64,000 nt of DNA from Gemmatimonadota bacterium (GCA_003171215.1 PMYN01000016.1:46970-110969), one strand, 5' to 3'; counted from the stretch's first letter, positions 44,951 to 54,140 are shown. Notes: generated by a model not told the origin, from the sequence alone. A program made the numbers and translations.

Positions 44951-45958
44951 ATGGCATCCGAGCAACTCTCCCAGAGCGAAATCGATGCGCTTCTTGGCCG
45001 CGGCGGAGCCGCCGCCGTGCCCGTCGCCGCGCCGGTCTTCACGCCGTCGGCGGCGGAACCCTACGATTTCCGCCGTCCGCGCCATGTGTCGAAGGAGCGG
45101 CTGCGTACGCTCGAAGCCATGTACGAACGACTGGTGAAGTCGCTCGAGGCGTGGCTCATCGGCCGCGTGCGCAAGCAAGTCGAACTCCGGTTGCAGAGCG
45201 TCGAGCAGTTCAGCTTCGGTGAGTTCACGCTCTCACTCCCCACGCCGTGCGCCTCGTTCGGATTCGACATCCTGAACATCGAAGGGCAGCAGGGCGTGAT
45301 CGACGTCGGGCACGAGTTCGCGTACCTGCTCGTCGACCGTTTCTTCGGTGGCGGCGGACAGCCTGCCTCGATGCACCGCGCCCTGACACCGATCGAGCGC
45401 CTCGCCGTTCGCACGGTCGTCGAGCGCATCGCGGTCCTGCTCGCGGAAACGTGGAAGGATTACGTCGAACTCCAGCTCGACATCACGACGTTCGAGTCGT
45501 TCCCCGACATGGTCCAGGGAGCGGGACGCTCGGATCCCGTGCTCGTCGCGAACATCGAAGTCACGATCGGTTCGGAAGCGTCGATGCTGCTGCTCTGCCT
45601 GCCGCTCGCGGTGCTGGACAAGTTCTTCTCATCCGCGGAGCAGCAGCGCGTGAAGGTGATGACGGGCTCGGAGGCGGAGCGTCAGGCGACGCGCCGCCTT
45701 ACCGAGTCCGCCCTCCGCGCCACGCACGCCGATGTCGCCGCGCGGTTTCCGGCGTTCAACATGCCGATGCGCAACCTGCTCAACCTTCCGCCCGGAAGCA
45801 TCCTCACGACGGGATTTCCCACCGACATTCCTCTCGAAGTTCACATCGGCGGCCAGCCGCGATTCCTCGCGAGCGCCGGCCGGCTTGGCAACACGATGGC
45901 CATTCGCCTGCTCGACGGCCCGATCGCCGCCACCGGCACCGCCGTCGTTCCTCGCTGA
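44951..45958 (+). CDS. fliM: switch protein FliM
   Basis: The N-terminal CheY-P binding motif LSQSEIDALLG. YDFRRPRHVSKERLRTLEAMYERL ... and a C-terminal SpoA-like domain. Confidence 0.92.
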   Translation: MASEQLSQSEIDALLGRGGAAAVPVAAPVFTPSAAEPYDFRRPRHVSKERLRTLEAMYERLVKSLEAWLIGRVRKQVELRLQSVEQFSFGEFTLSLPTPCASFGFDILNIEGQQGVIDVGHEFAYLLVDRFFGGGGQPASMHRALTPIERLAVRTVVERIAVLLAETWKDYVELQLDITTFESFPDMVQGAGRSDPVLVANIEVTIGSEASMLLLCLPLAVLDKFFSSAEQQRVKVMTGSEAERQATRRLTESALRATHADVAARFPAFNMPMRNLLNLPPGSILTTGFPTDIPLEVHIGGQPRFLASAGRLGNTMAIRLLDGPIAATGTAVVPR

Positions 45959-45978
45959 CCCTTGCGCAACCCAACCGC

Positions 45979-46329
45979 ATGACCGACGCAGCCTCGGCTT
46001 CCATGACTGAGCCCACAGCATCACTCCCGACGTTCGCCGAACTCTCTCCCACAGCCTCGTCGCAGGGAGAAGTCCCGATCGCAATGCTCCTCGACCTCTC
46101 GCTCCCGGTCGCCATCGAACTCGGCCGCACCAAGATGACCGTGCAGGACATTCTTCGCCTCGGCCGCGGTTCGGTGATTCAGCTCGACCGTCTCGCTGGT
46201 GAGCCGATCGACATCTATGTGGGCGATCGCCGCTTCGCCGAGGGTGAGGTGGTGGTGATTGACGAGCATTTCGGCATTCGTATCACGCGCGTCCTGTCGA
46301 GCGCGCCCGCGGTCGACGCGGCTGCCTGA
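45979..46329 (+). CDS. fliN: switch protein FliN
   Basis: LLDLSLPVAIELGRTKMTVQDILRLGRGSVIQLDRLAGEPIDIYVGDRRFAEGEVVVIDEHFGIRITRV (SpoA domain). Confidence 0.92.
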   Translation: MTDAASASMTEPTASLPTFAELSPTASSQGEVPIAMLLDLSLPVAIELGRTKMTVQDILRLGRGSVIQLDRLAGEPIDIYVGDRRFAEGEVVVIDEHFGIRITRVLSSAPAVDAAA

Positions 46330-46342
46330 CGAATCGCCTGCG

Positions 46343-47587
46343 ATGAACGTCGCTTCATTCCTCGGCGTGCTGGGTGTGCTGGGCTTCGTGCTCACGCTCC
46401 TGGTCATCACGCTCAGGCTGCTCAAGCGATACGCGCCATTCGCGAACGGCGCGAACCAGCGCATGAAGCTCGAGGTCGTGCAACGGCTTCCGCTCGGGCC
46501 GCGGCAATCGATCGCCGTCGTGAAGATCGGCGAGGAGTACGTCGCCGTGTCGGTTGGTGACGGCGGCGTTCGCCGGATCGCCGACGTCGCGGCGCCGGGG
46601 CCGGAGACTTCGCGGGTGTCCGGCCCGGCCGATGAAGGAACGAACTCGCGTCCTGCATTTCGCGACGTCCTGAGCCGGACGTTCAAGGCCGGCGCGTTCG
46701 TGCTGTTGATCGCCGGCGCAGCGCACGCGCTCAACGCGCAACAGCCCGCGACGTCCAAAGGTTCCAGCCCGGCGACGGCGAAGCAGCCGGACTCCGCATC
46801 AATGAAATCGCCCGCCGCCGCGCAGGGGAAATCGCCCACCGCCGCGCAAGGGAAGACGCCCGCCAAGGCCGCGACGAAACCGGTGAGCGTCGACACGATG
46901 CTGTCGAAACTCGCGCCACGCCTCGACCTCCGCGTCGGAAATGAGAGCGCCGGCGGCCTCAGGCTCTCCGGCACCGTCGGTATCGTCGTAATGATGGGTC
47001 TTCTCACGCTCCTGCCGACGCTCGTGCTGATGATGACCGCCTTCACGCGAATCTTCATCGTCCTCGGATTCCTGCGGCAGGCACTCGGCACGCAGAGCGC
47101 GCCTCCCACGCAGCTCGTCGCGGGATTTGCGCTGCTGCTGACCGGATTCGTGATGGCACCGACGCTCGAACAGGTGAACGCGTCGGCGATCCAGCCCTGG
47201 ATGGACGGCAAGATCGAGCAGAGCGCCATGTTCGCCGAGGGCGTCAAGCCGTTTCGCGCGTTCATGCTGCGCCAGACGCGCGAGCGCGACCTCTCCACGT
47301 TCATGGATCTCAGCCGCCAGCCGCGCGTGGCCCGGGCAGAGGATGTGCCCCTGGTCGTGCTCGTTTCGGCGTTCGTGACCAGCGAACTGCGCACGTCGTT
47401 CCAGATCGGCTTCGCGCTCTTCCTCCCGTTCATCGTGATCGACGTCGTCGTCGCATCCGTGCTCATGTCCATGGGCATGATGATGCTGCCGCCGGTGATG
47501 ATCTCGCTGCCGTTCAAGCTCCTCCTCTTCGTGCTCGTGGACGGCTGGACGCTCGTCGTGAACGGTCTCATTCAGAGCTTCCACTGA
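46343..47587 (+). CDS. fliP: single ORF encoding a FliO-like N-terminal module fused to export-gate protein FliP
   Basis: The N-terminus FLGVLGVLGFVLTLLVITLRLLKRY...MKLEVVQRLPLGPRQSIAVVKIGEEYVAVSVGDGGV is FliO-like. After a linker with a 24-bp duplication (KSPAAAQG/KSPTAAQG) comes a signal-like AFVLLIAGAAHALNAQ, then the FliP core LLTLLPTLVLMMTAFTRIFIVLGFLRQALG...FKLLLFVLVDGW. There is no in-frame stop between the two modules. Confidence 0.8.
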   Translation: MNVASFLGVLGVLGFVLTLLVITLRLLKRYAPFANGANQRMKLEVVQRLPLGPRQSIAVVKIGEEYVAVSVGDGGVRRIADVAAPGPETSRVSGPADEGTNSRPAFRDVLSRTFKAGAFVLLIAGAAHALNAQQPATSKGSSPATAKQPDSASMKSPAAAQGKSPTAAQGKTPAKAATKPVSVDTMLSKLAPRLDLRVGNESAGGLRLSGTVGIVVMMGLLTLLPTLVLMMTAFTRIFIVLGFLRQALGTQSAPPTQLVAGFALLLTGFVMAPTLEQVNASAIQPWMDGKIEQSAMFAEGVKPFRAFMLRQTRERDLSTFMDLSRQPRVARAEDVPLVVLVSAFVTSELRTSFQIGFALFLPFIVIDVVVASVLMSMGMMMLPPVMISLPFKLLLFVLVDGWTLVVNGLIQSFH

Positions 47588-47856
47588 TGTCCGACGCGCT
47601 GATCGTCGACCTCGCGCGCAACGCCATCCTCATGGCGCTCGCGCTTGCGGGCCCGATGCTGCTCGTCGCGCTGACGGTGGGGCTGTTCGTGAGTGTCCTG
47701 CAGGCCGTCACGCAGATCCAGGAGCAGACGCTCGCGTTCGTGCCCAAGCTGCTCGCCGTCGCCTGCGTCTTTCTCCTCGGTCTTCCCTGGCTGATGCAGA
47801 TGGCGGTGCGCTACACCACCGAGCTGCTGCGCAGCCTTCCATCGCTCGCATCGTGA
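47587..47856 (+). CDS. fliQ: export-gate protein FliQ
   Basis: 89 aa. LARNAILMALALAGPMLLVALTVGLFVSVLQAVTQIQEQTLAFVPK. Confidence 0.92.
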   Translation: MSDALIVDLARNAILMALALAGPMLLVALTVGLFVSVLQAVTQIQEQTLAFVPKLLAVACVFLLGLPWLMQMAVRYTTELLRSLPSLAS

Positions 47857-48653
47857 TGCAGGCCGTCGCCGGGTTCGACCCGTTCGCTGCCGGATCGGCA
47901 GCCACGCTGGTGCTCGTCGGCACGCGCATCGGTGCCATGCTGCTCGTCGCGCCCGCGTTCTCGGCGACGATGGTTCCGCGTGCGGTCCGCATTGGACTTC
48001 TCGTCGTGCTCACGGTGCTGCTGCAGCCCGCAGCGCTCGTCTCGCTTCGTGCCGTGCCCGCGCTGACGGCAGCCGCATTCGCCTCCGAAGCGCTCATTGG
48101 GTTCGCGATCGGCCTCGGTGTCGCGCTGCTCGTGGGCGCGGCCGAGACGGCCGGCGACGTGATGGCGGTGCAGATGGGACTGAGCGGCGCGGCGCTTCTC
48201 GATCCGCTGGACGCCTCGCAGGCCCCCGCACTCGGCACCTTCACGCGCCTGTTCGCGACCACGCTGCTGCTGTCGTTGAACTTCCACATGGTCATGCTCG
48301 GCGCGCTCGCCGACAGCACCACGCGCTTTCCCGTCGGCGCACCTGTTTCGCTGTCCGGCGGAGCGTTCGCCGTGCTTCAGCTCGGCGGCACGCTGTTCGT
48401 GCTCGGCGTCCGGTTCGCCGCGCCCGTGATCGCCGCGGTGCTGATCGCGAACGTCGCGCTCGCGGTCCTCGGACGAGCAGCGCCACAACTCAACGTGCTC
48501 ACGGTTGCCTTCCCGCTTCAAATCACGATTGGTCTCTTCGCACTCCTCGCGGCGCTGCCCGCCATGGCGCGCTTCTTCGAGGGGTGGAGCGGCACATACG
48601 ACGGGATGATGATCCACGTTGCGCGCGGTCTGTCGGGCGCGCCCGCCTACTAG
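47853..48653 (+). CDS. fliR: export-gate protein FliR
   Basis: 266-aa polytopic protein. RIGAMLLVAPAFS ... FAIGLGVALL ... AGDVMAVQMGLSGAALLDP. Confidence 0.9.
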   Translation: MMQAVAGFDPFAAGSAATLVLVGTRIGAMLLVAPAFSATMVPRAVRIGLLVVLTVLLQPAALVSLRAVPALTAAAFASEALIGFAIGLGVALLVGAAETAGDVMAVQMGLSGAALLDPLDASQAPALGTFTRLFATTLLLSLNFHMVMLGALADSTTRFPVGAPVSLSGGAFAVLQLGGTLFVLGVRFAAPVIAAVLIANVALAVLGRAAPQLNVLTVAFPLQITIGLFALLAALPAMARFFEGWSGTYDGMMIHVARGLSGAPAY

Positions 48654-48666
48654 GAGCATCACGACC

Positions 48667-49767
48667 ATGGCTGAAGGCAGCGAGCAGGAAAAAACCGAGG
48701 AAGCGACACCCAGGAAGCGCCAGGAGGCGATGGACGAAGGGCGCATCCCGCGCTCCATCGAACTCCAGAGCGCCGCGTTCCTGCTCGCGGCCGCGTTCGT
48801 CGTCAATTTCATCGCGCCGATCGCCTCGACGCACATGGTCAGCCTCTTCGGCTCCGGTCTCCGCGCGATCGGCGGCTCGTCCGGCTCGCCCGCGGAGATG
48901 CTCGACCTGCTCCAAGGCACCGGCCGCGAGCTCCTTCTTATAGTAGCGGCCCTCGCCGGCGCCCTCTCGCTCTCGGCGCTGGCCGTCGGCGCGCTACAAG
49001 GACGCGGCGTGCTCTCGACGTCCCCGTTGATGCCCAAGCTCGAGCGCCTCAATCCGATCGCGAACGCCGGCCGGTTCGTGGGCTGGCAGCCGATCGCCGA
49101 TCTCCTGAAGGCGCTCCTCAAAGTGGGGATCGTCGGCTGGGCGGTGTACCGCTCGCTCGCGGTCGCGTGGCCCGATATCGCCGACCTTTCGAGCCGCGAC
49201 ACCATGGGCATGGTCGATGCGATGCGGCATTACACCGTGCGCCTGCTCGTGAGCGCCGGCGTCGCGTACCTGATCCTCGCATGCGCGGACTACGTCTTCC
49301 AGCTCTGGCAGCACTCGAAACGCATGCGGATGAGCAAGGACGAGGTCAAGCGCGAGTCGAAGCAGCAGGACGGCGATCCGCTGCTGAAGTCGCGCATGCG
49401 CGCGATTGCCCGCAGCCGCATCAGGCGCCAGATGTTCCGCGACGTGGCGAAGGCCGATGTCGTCATCGTCAACCCGACGCACATCGCCGTCGCGCTCCAG
49501 TACGACGCCGGCAAGGCTCCCGCACCGATCGTGCTCGCCATGGGAGAGCGCAAAGTCGCCGAGCGCATCAAGCAGCTCGCATTCGAGCATGGCGTGCCCG
49601 TCATCGAGAACAAGGCACTCGCGCGTGCGCTCATCGGCGCGGCGCAGGTCGGCGCGATGATACCGGCCGAGCTGTACGCGGCCGTGGCTGAGGTGCTCGC
49701 GTTCGTGATTCGCCAGCGCGCCCGCTACGGCGCGTGGCGTGACGGCCGGGGGACGGTCTCCGCGTGA
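48667..49767 (+). CDS. flhB: export switch protein FlhB
   Basis: MAEGSEQEKTEEATPRKRQEAMDEGRIPRS. Autocleavage motif NPTHIAVAL. C-terminus VPVIENKALARAL. Confidence 0.95.
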   Translation: MAEGSEQEKTEEATPRKRQEAMDEGRIPRSIELQSAAFLLAAAFVVNFIAPIASTHMVSLFGSGLRAIGGSSGSPAEMLDLLQGTGRELLLIVAALAGALSLSALAVGALQGRGVLSTSPLMPKLERLNPIANAGRFVGWQPIADLLKALLKVGIVGWAVYRSLAVAWPDIADLSSRDTMGMVDAMRHYTVRLLVSAGVAYLILACADYVFQLWQHSKRMRMSKDEVKRESKQQDGDPLLKSRMRAIARSRIRRQMFRDVAKADVVIVNPTHIAVALQYDAGKAPAPIVLAMGERKVAERIKQLAFEHGVPVIENKALARALIGAAQVGAMIPAELYAAVAEVLAFVIRQRARYGAWRDGRGTVSA

Positions 49768-51857
49768 GCCCCCGCGCGCTTCCCGCCGGCGAGACGGCGC
49801 AGACGCGGTTCGCCGAAGTGGGCGTCGCGATCGCTGTCGTGTTCATCATCGCGCTGCTCGTGGTGCCGCTGCCGCCGGTCATGCTGGACATGTTCTTGTC
49901 GCTCTCGATCGGCATCTCGCTCGTCGTGCTGCTCGTCGCGCTCTACACGCGCGACCCACTCGAGTTCAGCTCGTTCCCCGCCCTCCTCCTCCTGCTCACG
50001 CTGTTCCGGCTCGCGCTGAACGTCAGTTCCACGCGCCTCATCCTCTCGCAGGGACGCGCGGGCCAGGTGATCGAAGCATTTGGACAGTTCGTCATCGGCG
50101 GCAACTACGCCGTAGGTCTCGTCCTGTTCCTGATCCTCGTCGGCATCAACTTCATCGTCATCACGAAGGGCGCCGGCCGCGTGGCCGAGGTCGCCGCGCG
50201 CTTCACGCTCGACGCGATGCCCGGCAAGCAGATGGCGATCGACGCCGACCTGAACGCCGGCCTCATCGACGAGGCCGCCGCCCGCCAGCGCCGCACGGTC
50301 ATCGCGCAGCAGGCCGACTTCTACGGCGCGATGGACGGCGCCTCGAAATTCGTGAAGGGCGATGCGGTCGCCGGCGTGCTCATCACCGGCATCAATATCG
50401 TCGGCGGCATGTTCATCGGTGTCGTGCAACGCGGCCTGCCACTTTCGCAGGCGGCGTCCACGTACACGATACTCACCGTCGGCGAGGGACTCGTCGCGCA
50501 GATCCCCGCGCTGATCGTCTCCACGGCCGCCGGCCTCATGGTCACGCACGCCGCAAGCGGTTCGCGCATCGGTTCCGTGCTCGCGTCGCAGCTCAGCGCG
50601 CAGCCGCGGGCGATGTACATCGCCGCCGGCGTGCTCGCCGCGTTCGGCCTCGTGCCCGGCCTGCCGTCGGTTCCGTTCCTCGCGCTCGCCGGCGCACTCG
50701 CATCGCTCGCGCGGCTCGCGGATCGGGCGCACGCCGATCGCGACGCGAAGGCCGCCGCCGAAGTGAAGCAGGCAGCGGCGGTTCCTCCGACCGCGAGCCC
50801 GATGAAGGACCTGCTGCAGATCGATCCCATCGAGCTCGAGGTCGGCTACGCGCTCATCCCGCTCGTGGATGAGGCGCAGGGCGGCGACCTGCTCGAGCGC
50901 ATCGGATTGCTGCGCAAGCAGGCGGCACTCGAACTCGGCGTGCTCGTGCCCGCCGTGCGCATTCGCGACGACGTCCGGCTCCCCGCCAACGAATACGTCA
51001 TCAAACTGCGCGGCTCGCAAATCGCGCGCGCCGAGGTCATGCCGCGTTTCGTTCTCGCGCTCGACACCGGAGGCGTTCTGCAGTCGATCGACGGCATCGA
51101 AACGGTCGATCCGAGCTTCGGCATGCCGGCCCGATGGATCTCGCCGGGTCGCCGCACGGAAGCGGAGGCCGCCGGATTCGTCGTGGTCGAGGCGACCACG
51201 ATGATCGCCACGCACCTGATGGAAACCGTCAAGTCCAACGCCGCCGACCTGCTCGGCCGCCAGGACGTGCAGGAAATGCTCGAGACGCTCAAGAAGACGC
51301 ATCCCGTCCTCGTGGATGACGTCGTCCCGGCGAAGGTCTCGCTCGGCACGCTGCATCGTGTGCTGCAGCGCCTGCTGCGCGAGCGCGTGCCGATCCGCGA
51401 CCTCGTCACGATTCTCGAGGCAGTCGGCGACTCCGCGGAGCTGGCCAAGGACCCGGAGCAGCTCACCGAGCACGTGCGTCGTGCGCTCGGCAACGTCATC
51501 GCGAGGCTCTTTCTCGACGACAGCGGCGGCATGCGCGCGATCGCGCTCGGACCGCGACTGGAATCCTCGCTCATGGGCGTCTTCGGACCGCGGAATCCGC
51601 AGAACGCGGCGAGCACACTCACGTCGGATGCGCTCGCCGGCCTGCTCCGCGAGCTGCAGAAGCTCGCGACGACCACCGGCGAGGCCGGCCCGGTGCCGCT
51701 CGTGGTGCCGCCCGGCTTGCGCGTGGGCGTCCGCCGGCTGCTCGAACCGGTGATGCCGGCCCTGCCGGTGGTGTCACTCGCCGAGTTGCCGCCGTTCGTG
51801 AACCTCACGACGGTCGCGCTCTGGGAAATGAAGGAGTTGAAGCTTGCTGCCGCCTGA
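49764..51857 (+). CDS. flhA: export-gate protein FlhA
   Basis: 697 aa. FVIGGNYAVGLVLFLILVGINFIVITKGAGRVAEVAARFTLDAMPGKQMAIDADLNAG ... and a C-terminal cytoplasmic domain. Confidence 0.95.
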   Translation: MSPRALPAGETAQTRFAEVGVAIAVVFIIALLVVPLPPVMLDMFLSLSIGISLVVLLVALYTRDPLEFSSFPALLLLLTLFRLALNVSSTRLILSQGRAGQVIEAFGQFVIGGNYAVGLVLFLILVGINFIVITKGAGRVAEVAARFTLDAMPGKQMAIDADLNAGLIDEAAARQRRTVIAQQADFYGAMDGASKFVKGDAVAGVLITGINIVGGMFIGVVQRGLPLSQAASTYTILTVGEGLVAQIPALIVSTAAGLMVTHAASGSRIGSVLASQLSAQPRAMYIAAGVLAAFGLVPGLPSVPFLALAGALASLARLADRAHADRDAKAAAEVKQAAAVPPTASPMKDLLQIDPIELEVGYALIPLVDEAQGGDLLERIGLLRKQAALELGVLVPAVRIRDDVRLPANEYVIKLRGSQIARAEVMPRFVLALDTGGVLQSIDGIETVDPSFGMPARWISPGRRTEAEAAGFVVVEATTMIATHLMETVKSNAADLLGRQDVQEMLETLKKTHPVLVDDVVPAKVSLGTLHRVLQRLLRERVPIRDLVTILEAVGDSAELAKDPEQLTEHVRRALGNVIARLFLDDSGGMRAIALGPRLESSLMGVFGPRNPQNAASTLTSDALAGLLRELQKLATTTGEAGPVPLVVPPGLRVGVRRLLEPVMPALPVVSLAELPPFVNLTTVALWEMKELKLAAA

Positions 51858-52434
51858 ACGCGAGACCGTCGAGGAACTGCGCCGGCGCCCGCACGGCGCG
51901 GTACGAGTGCTGGTCGCCGGCGCGACGAGTGCAAGCGGCAGCGCGGACGTCGCCGCGATGCTCACCACCGCGCTCACCATGGCGGGTTTGCGAAACGACA
52001 GCGTCCATGTCGTGCACGCCGGCGCCATGCTGGACGGCCTGCACTCCGCCTCAGCGGCAGGTGCGAAACGGTTCGTGGTCGTCACCGGCGGTGGCGCGGC
52101 CGCGCTCGCGTCGGCGTTCGCAATGGTCAAGGCAATCGAGACGCGCCATCCCGGTGCGCGAATCGAGGTGCTTGTCACAAGGCAGGACGAATCGCGCGCG
52201 CACGCCTCATACCTGCGTGTGCGCTCGGCGTCCGAGCGGTTTCTCGGTCGTGAGGTGGGTTTCGCCGGTGCTTTTCCAGATCTCGATGCAGGCCCGGTGG
52301 GCGAGTGCGACGCAGCGGACCCGACGACGCGCCGGGCCACGCGCGCCAGCCGCGCGGCGCGCATTTGGGCCGCCAGACTGCTCGCGGAATGCAGCGAAGA
52401 AGCGTGGCCGGAAGCCGCGCATTCGATGGACTAA
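51844..52434 (+). CDS. short FlhG/MinD-like protein with a decayed P-loop (at the flhG position, TTG start)
   Basis: Lies between flhA and fliA. VRVLVAGATSASGSADVAAMLTTALTMAG aligns in spacing with MinD/FlhG iaV.SGKGGVGKTtvs.NLa.aLa..G but has no lysine. FVVVTGGGAAALASAFAMVKAI resembles vlvVt.pe..sl.dAYa.iK.l. At 196 aa it is shorter than a canonical FlhG. Confidence 0.35.
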   Translation: MLPPERETVEELRRRPHGAVRVLVAGATSASGSADVAAMLTTALTMAGLRNDSVHVVHAGAMLDGLHSASAAGAKRFVVVTGGGAAALASAFAMVKAIETRHPGARIEVLVTRQDESRAHASYLRVRSASERFLGREVGFAGAFPDLDAGPVGECDAADPTTRRATRASRAARIWAARLLAECSEEAWPEAAHSMD

Positions 52435-52444
52435 CGGAGGACAC

Positions 52445-53209
52445 ATGGAACAGGACACGGATTCACGTTGGGCTCGCCTCGCTACCGGTGACGAAGAGGC
52501 TCGGCAACAATTGCTCAACGAACACCTCGGCTTGGTGTACTTCGTCGCACGGCAGATCAGCACCGGCGTCGCGAAGTCCGTCGAGTTCGACGAGCTGGTG
52601 AGCGCGGGATCCTTCGGACTCATCAACGCGCTGCACAGCTTCGACCCGGCGCGCGGCCTCGCCTTCAGCACGTACGCCGCCCCCCGAATTCGCGGCGCCG
52701 TGCTCGACGAGCTGCGCCGGCAGGACAGCGTCCCGCGCTCGATCCGCCGCAAGACGCGCGAGCTGAACGGCGCGGCCGAGGCAGTCGGCCGCAAGAACGG
52801 ACAGCGGCCGTCCGAGCGGGAGATCGCGGAGCAGCTCGGCATCGACCTGCCCACGCTGTGGCGGTGGCAGGCGGACCTCGAGGGCGCGGTGCATCTCTCG
52901 CTCGATCGGAGCGCGCAGCCGGAAGGCGACGACGCGGCCTCGCCGTCGGACACCATGGCGATCGCCGATCCCGACGACGTCGAAGAGCGGATGACCTTGC
53001 ATCAGGAAGTCGCGCTGCTCCGCGACGCGATCCTCCGACTCGGCAAACAGGAGCGCACGGTGCTGTCACTCTACTACTTCGAGGAACTGAAGCTGCACGA
53101 GATCGCGAAGGTGCTGGAGCTGACCGAGTCACGCGTGTCGCAGATCCGGTCGAAGGCGATCGGCAACCTTCGCAAGCTCATGGCGCCTCTCCGGGAAGCG
53201 GTGGCGTAG
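52445..53209 (+). CDS. fliA: flagellar sigma factor FliA (sigma-28)
   Basis: Region 2 LVYFVARQI ... FDELVSAGSFGLINALHSFDPARGLAFSTYAAPRIRGAVLDELR. Region 4 ERTVLSLYYFEELKLHEIAKVLELTESRVSQIRSKAIGNLR. Confidence 0.92.
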   Translation: MEQDTDSRWARLATGDEEARQQLLNEHLGLVYFVARQISTGVAKSVEFDELVSAGSFGLINALHSFDPARGLAFSTYAAPRIRGAVLDELRRQDSVPRSIRRKTRELNGAAEAVGRKNGQRPSEREIAEQLGIDLPTLWRWQADLEGAVHLSLDRSAQPEGDDAASPSDTMAIADPDDVEERMTLHQEVALLRDAILRLGKQERTVLSLYYFEELKLHEIAKVLELTESRVSQIRSKAIGNLRKLMAPLREAVA

Positions 53210-53348
53210 TGGTTCGTCGCGCCTCTCCCCGGATCCGCCGCCGTTCCCCGGCGGCAGGAAGTGCCGCCGGCGCGCGACGGACTGAATTGCGGCGCTCGGA
53301 TCGCGGTCGCAAGTCATTACTCCGCAATCCGTTACCAGGTGCGTCAAG

Positions 53349-53364
53349 TGGCATGATCGTTGCG
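53349..53364 (+). promoter_or_regulatory. sigma-54 promoter of the flgF operon
   Basis: TGGCAT-gatcg-TTGCG with GG/GC spacing of 12 nt. The predicted +1 is ~22 nt before the TTG start and upstream of an AGGAG. Confidence 0.65.
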
Positions 53365-53396
53365 TTGTCGGTGTGCGGTGAACTACAGGAGTCACG

Positions 53397-54140
53397 TTGG
53401 GCACATCTATAGTACCGGCACAACCCACGGGCATGGATGTCGCGGCTGCCGCGCTCCGCTACTGGGAGCAGCGCCAGAACATCGCGTCGAGCAACATCGC
53501 GAACGTCAGCACGGACGGCTTCAAGGCTGAGCGTGCGTTTGCGCAGCTCATGGGTGACGGAGCCTCGCCGGTAATCCGCGCCGCGACCGATCTGAGCGCC
53601 GGTCCGATGTCCGCGACCGGTGCGCCGCTCGATCTTGCCGTTCAAGGCGCGGGATTCTTTGTCGTGCAGACCGCCAATGGCGAGCGCCTGACCCGCGGTG
53701 GCCCGATGCAGATCGACGCACGGCACCAGCTGGTCGACCGATCGGGCGATCCGGCTCTTGGCCAGGCCGACGCGGCTGGCGGCACGGCCGGACCCATCAC
53801 GATTCCGCCGGGGACAGCGACGCTCACGATCGACGCCGGCGGCGCCGTGATCGCCGACGGCAAGCAGGTCGCGCGGCTGCGACTCGAACAGGCGCAGCCG
53901 GGCTCCCAGCTGCAACACAACACGAACGGTCACTTCATTCCCGCGGCGTCGATGGCGAGCGTGCCGGTCGCCCTGCGAACGGTGCGCCAGGGAATGATCG
54001 AGCAGAGCAACGTCAGTTCCGTCGGCTCGATGGTAGACATGATCGCCATTCAACGCGCGTACGCCAACGTCCAGCAAATCATGACAGCGATGGACGCGGC
54101 ACGCGGGATCGCGACGACCGAAATCGGCAAGCCGGACTGA
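53397..54140 (+). CDS. flgF: proximal rod protein FlgF
   Basis: RQNIASSNIANVSTDGFKAERAF ... LDLAVQGAGFFVV ... MIEQSNVSSVGSMVDMIAIQRAYANVQQIM. TTG start with AGGAG 5 nt upstream. Confidence 0.88.
   Translation: MGTSIVPAQPTGMDVAAAALRYWEQRQNIASSNIANVSTDGFKAERAFAQLMGDGASPVIRAATDLSAGPMSATGAPLDLAVQGAGFFVVQTANGERLTRGGPMQIDARHQLVDRSGDPALGQADAAGGTAGPITIPPGTATLTIDAGGAVIADGKQVARLRLEQAQPGSQLQHNTNGHFIPAASMASVPVALRTVRQGMIEQSNVSSVGSMVDMIAIQRAYANVQQIMTAMDAARGIATTEIGKPD

Noticed and set aside
46021-47571. 516-aa minus-strand ORF
   Set aside because: It lies antisense to fliN and fliO/P. It matches no family, whereas the plus strand encodes unmistakable FliP motifs.
49725-51473. 582-aa minus-strand ORF, plus the 377-aa plus-strand alternative frame 49739-50872
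   Set aside because: Both overlap flhA, whose frame (49764-51857) carries the conserved FlhA TM and cytoplasmic motifs. These are GC-driven open frames.
53210-53348. Possible terminator after fliA (ccgccg-ttccc-cggcgg)
   Set aside because: The stem is only 6 bp and has no T tract, too weak to call.
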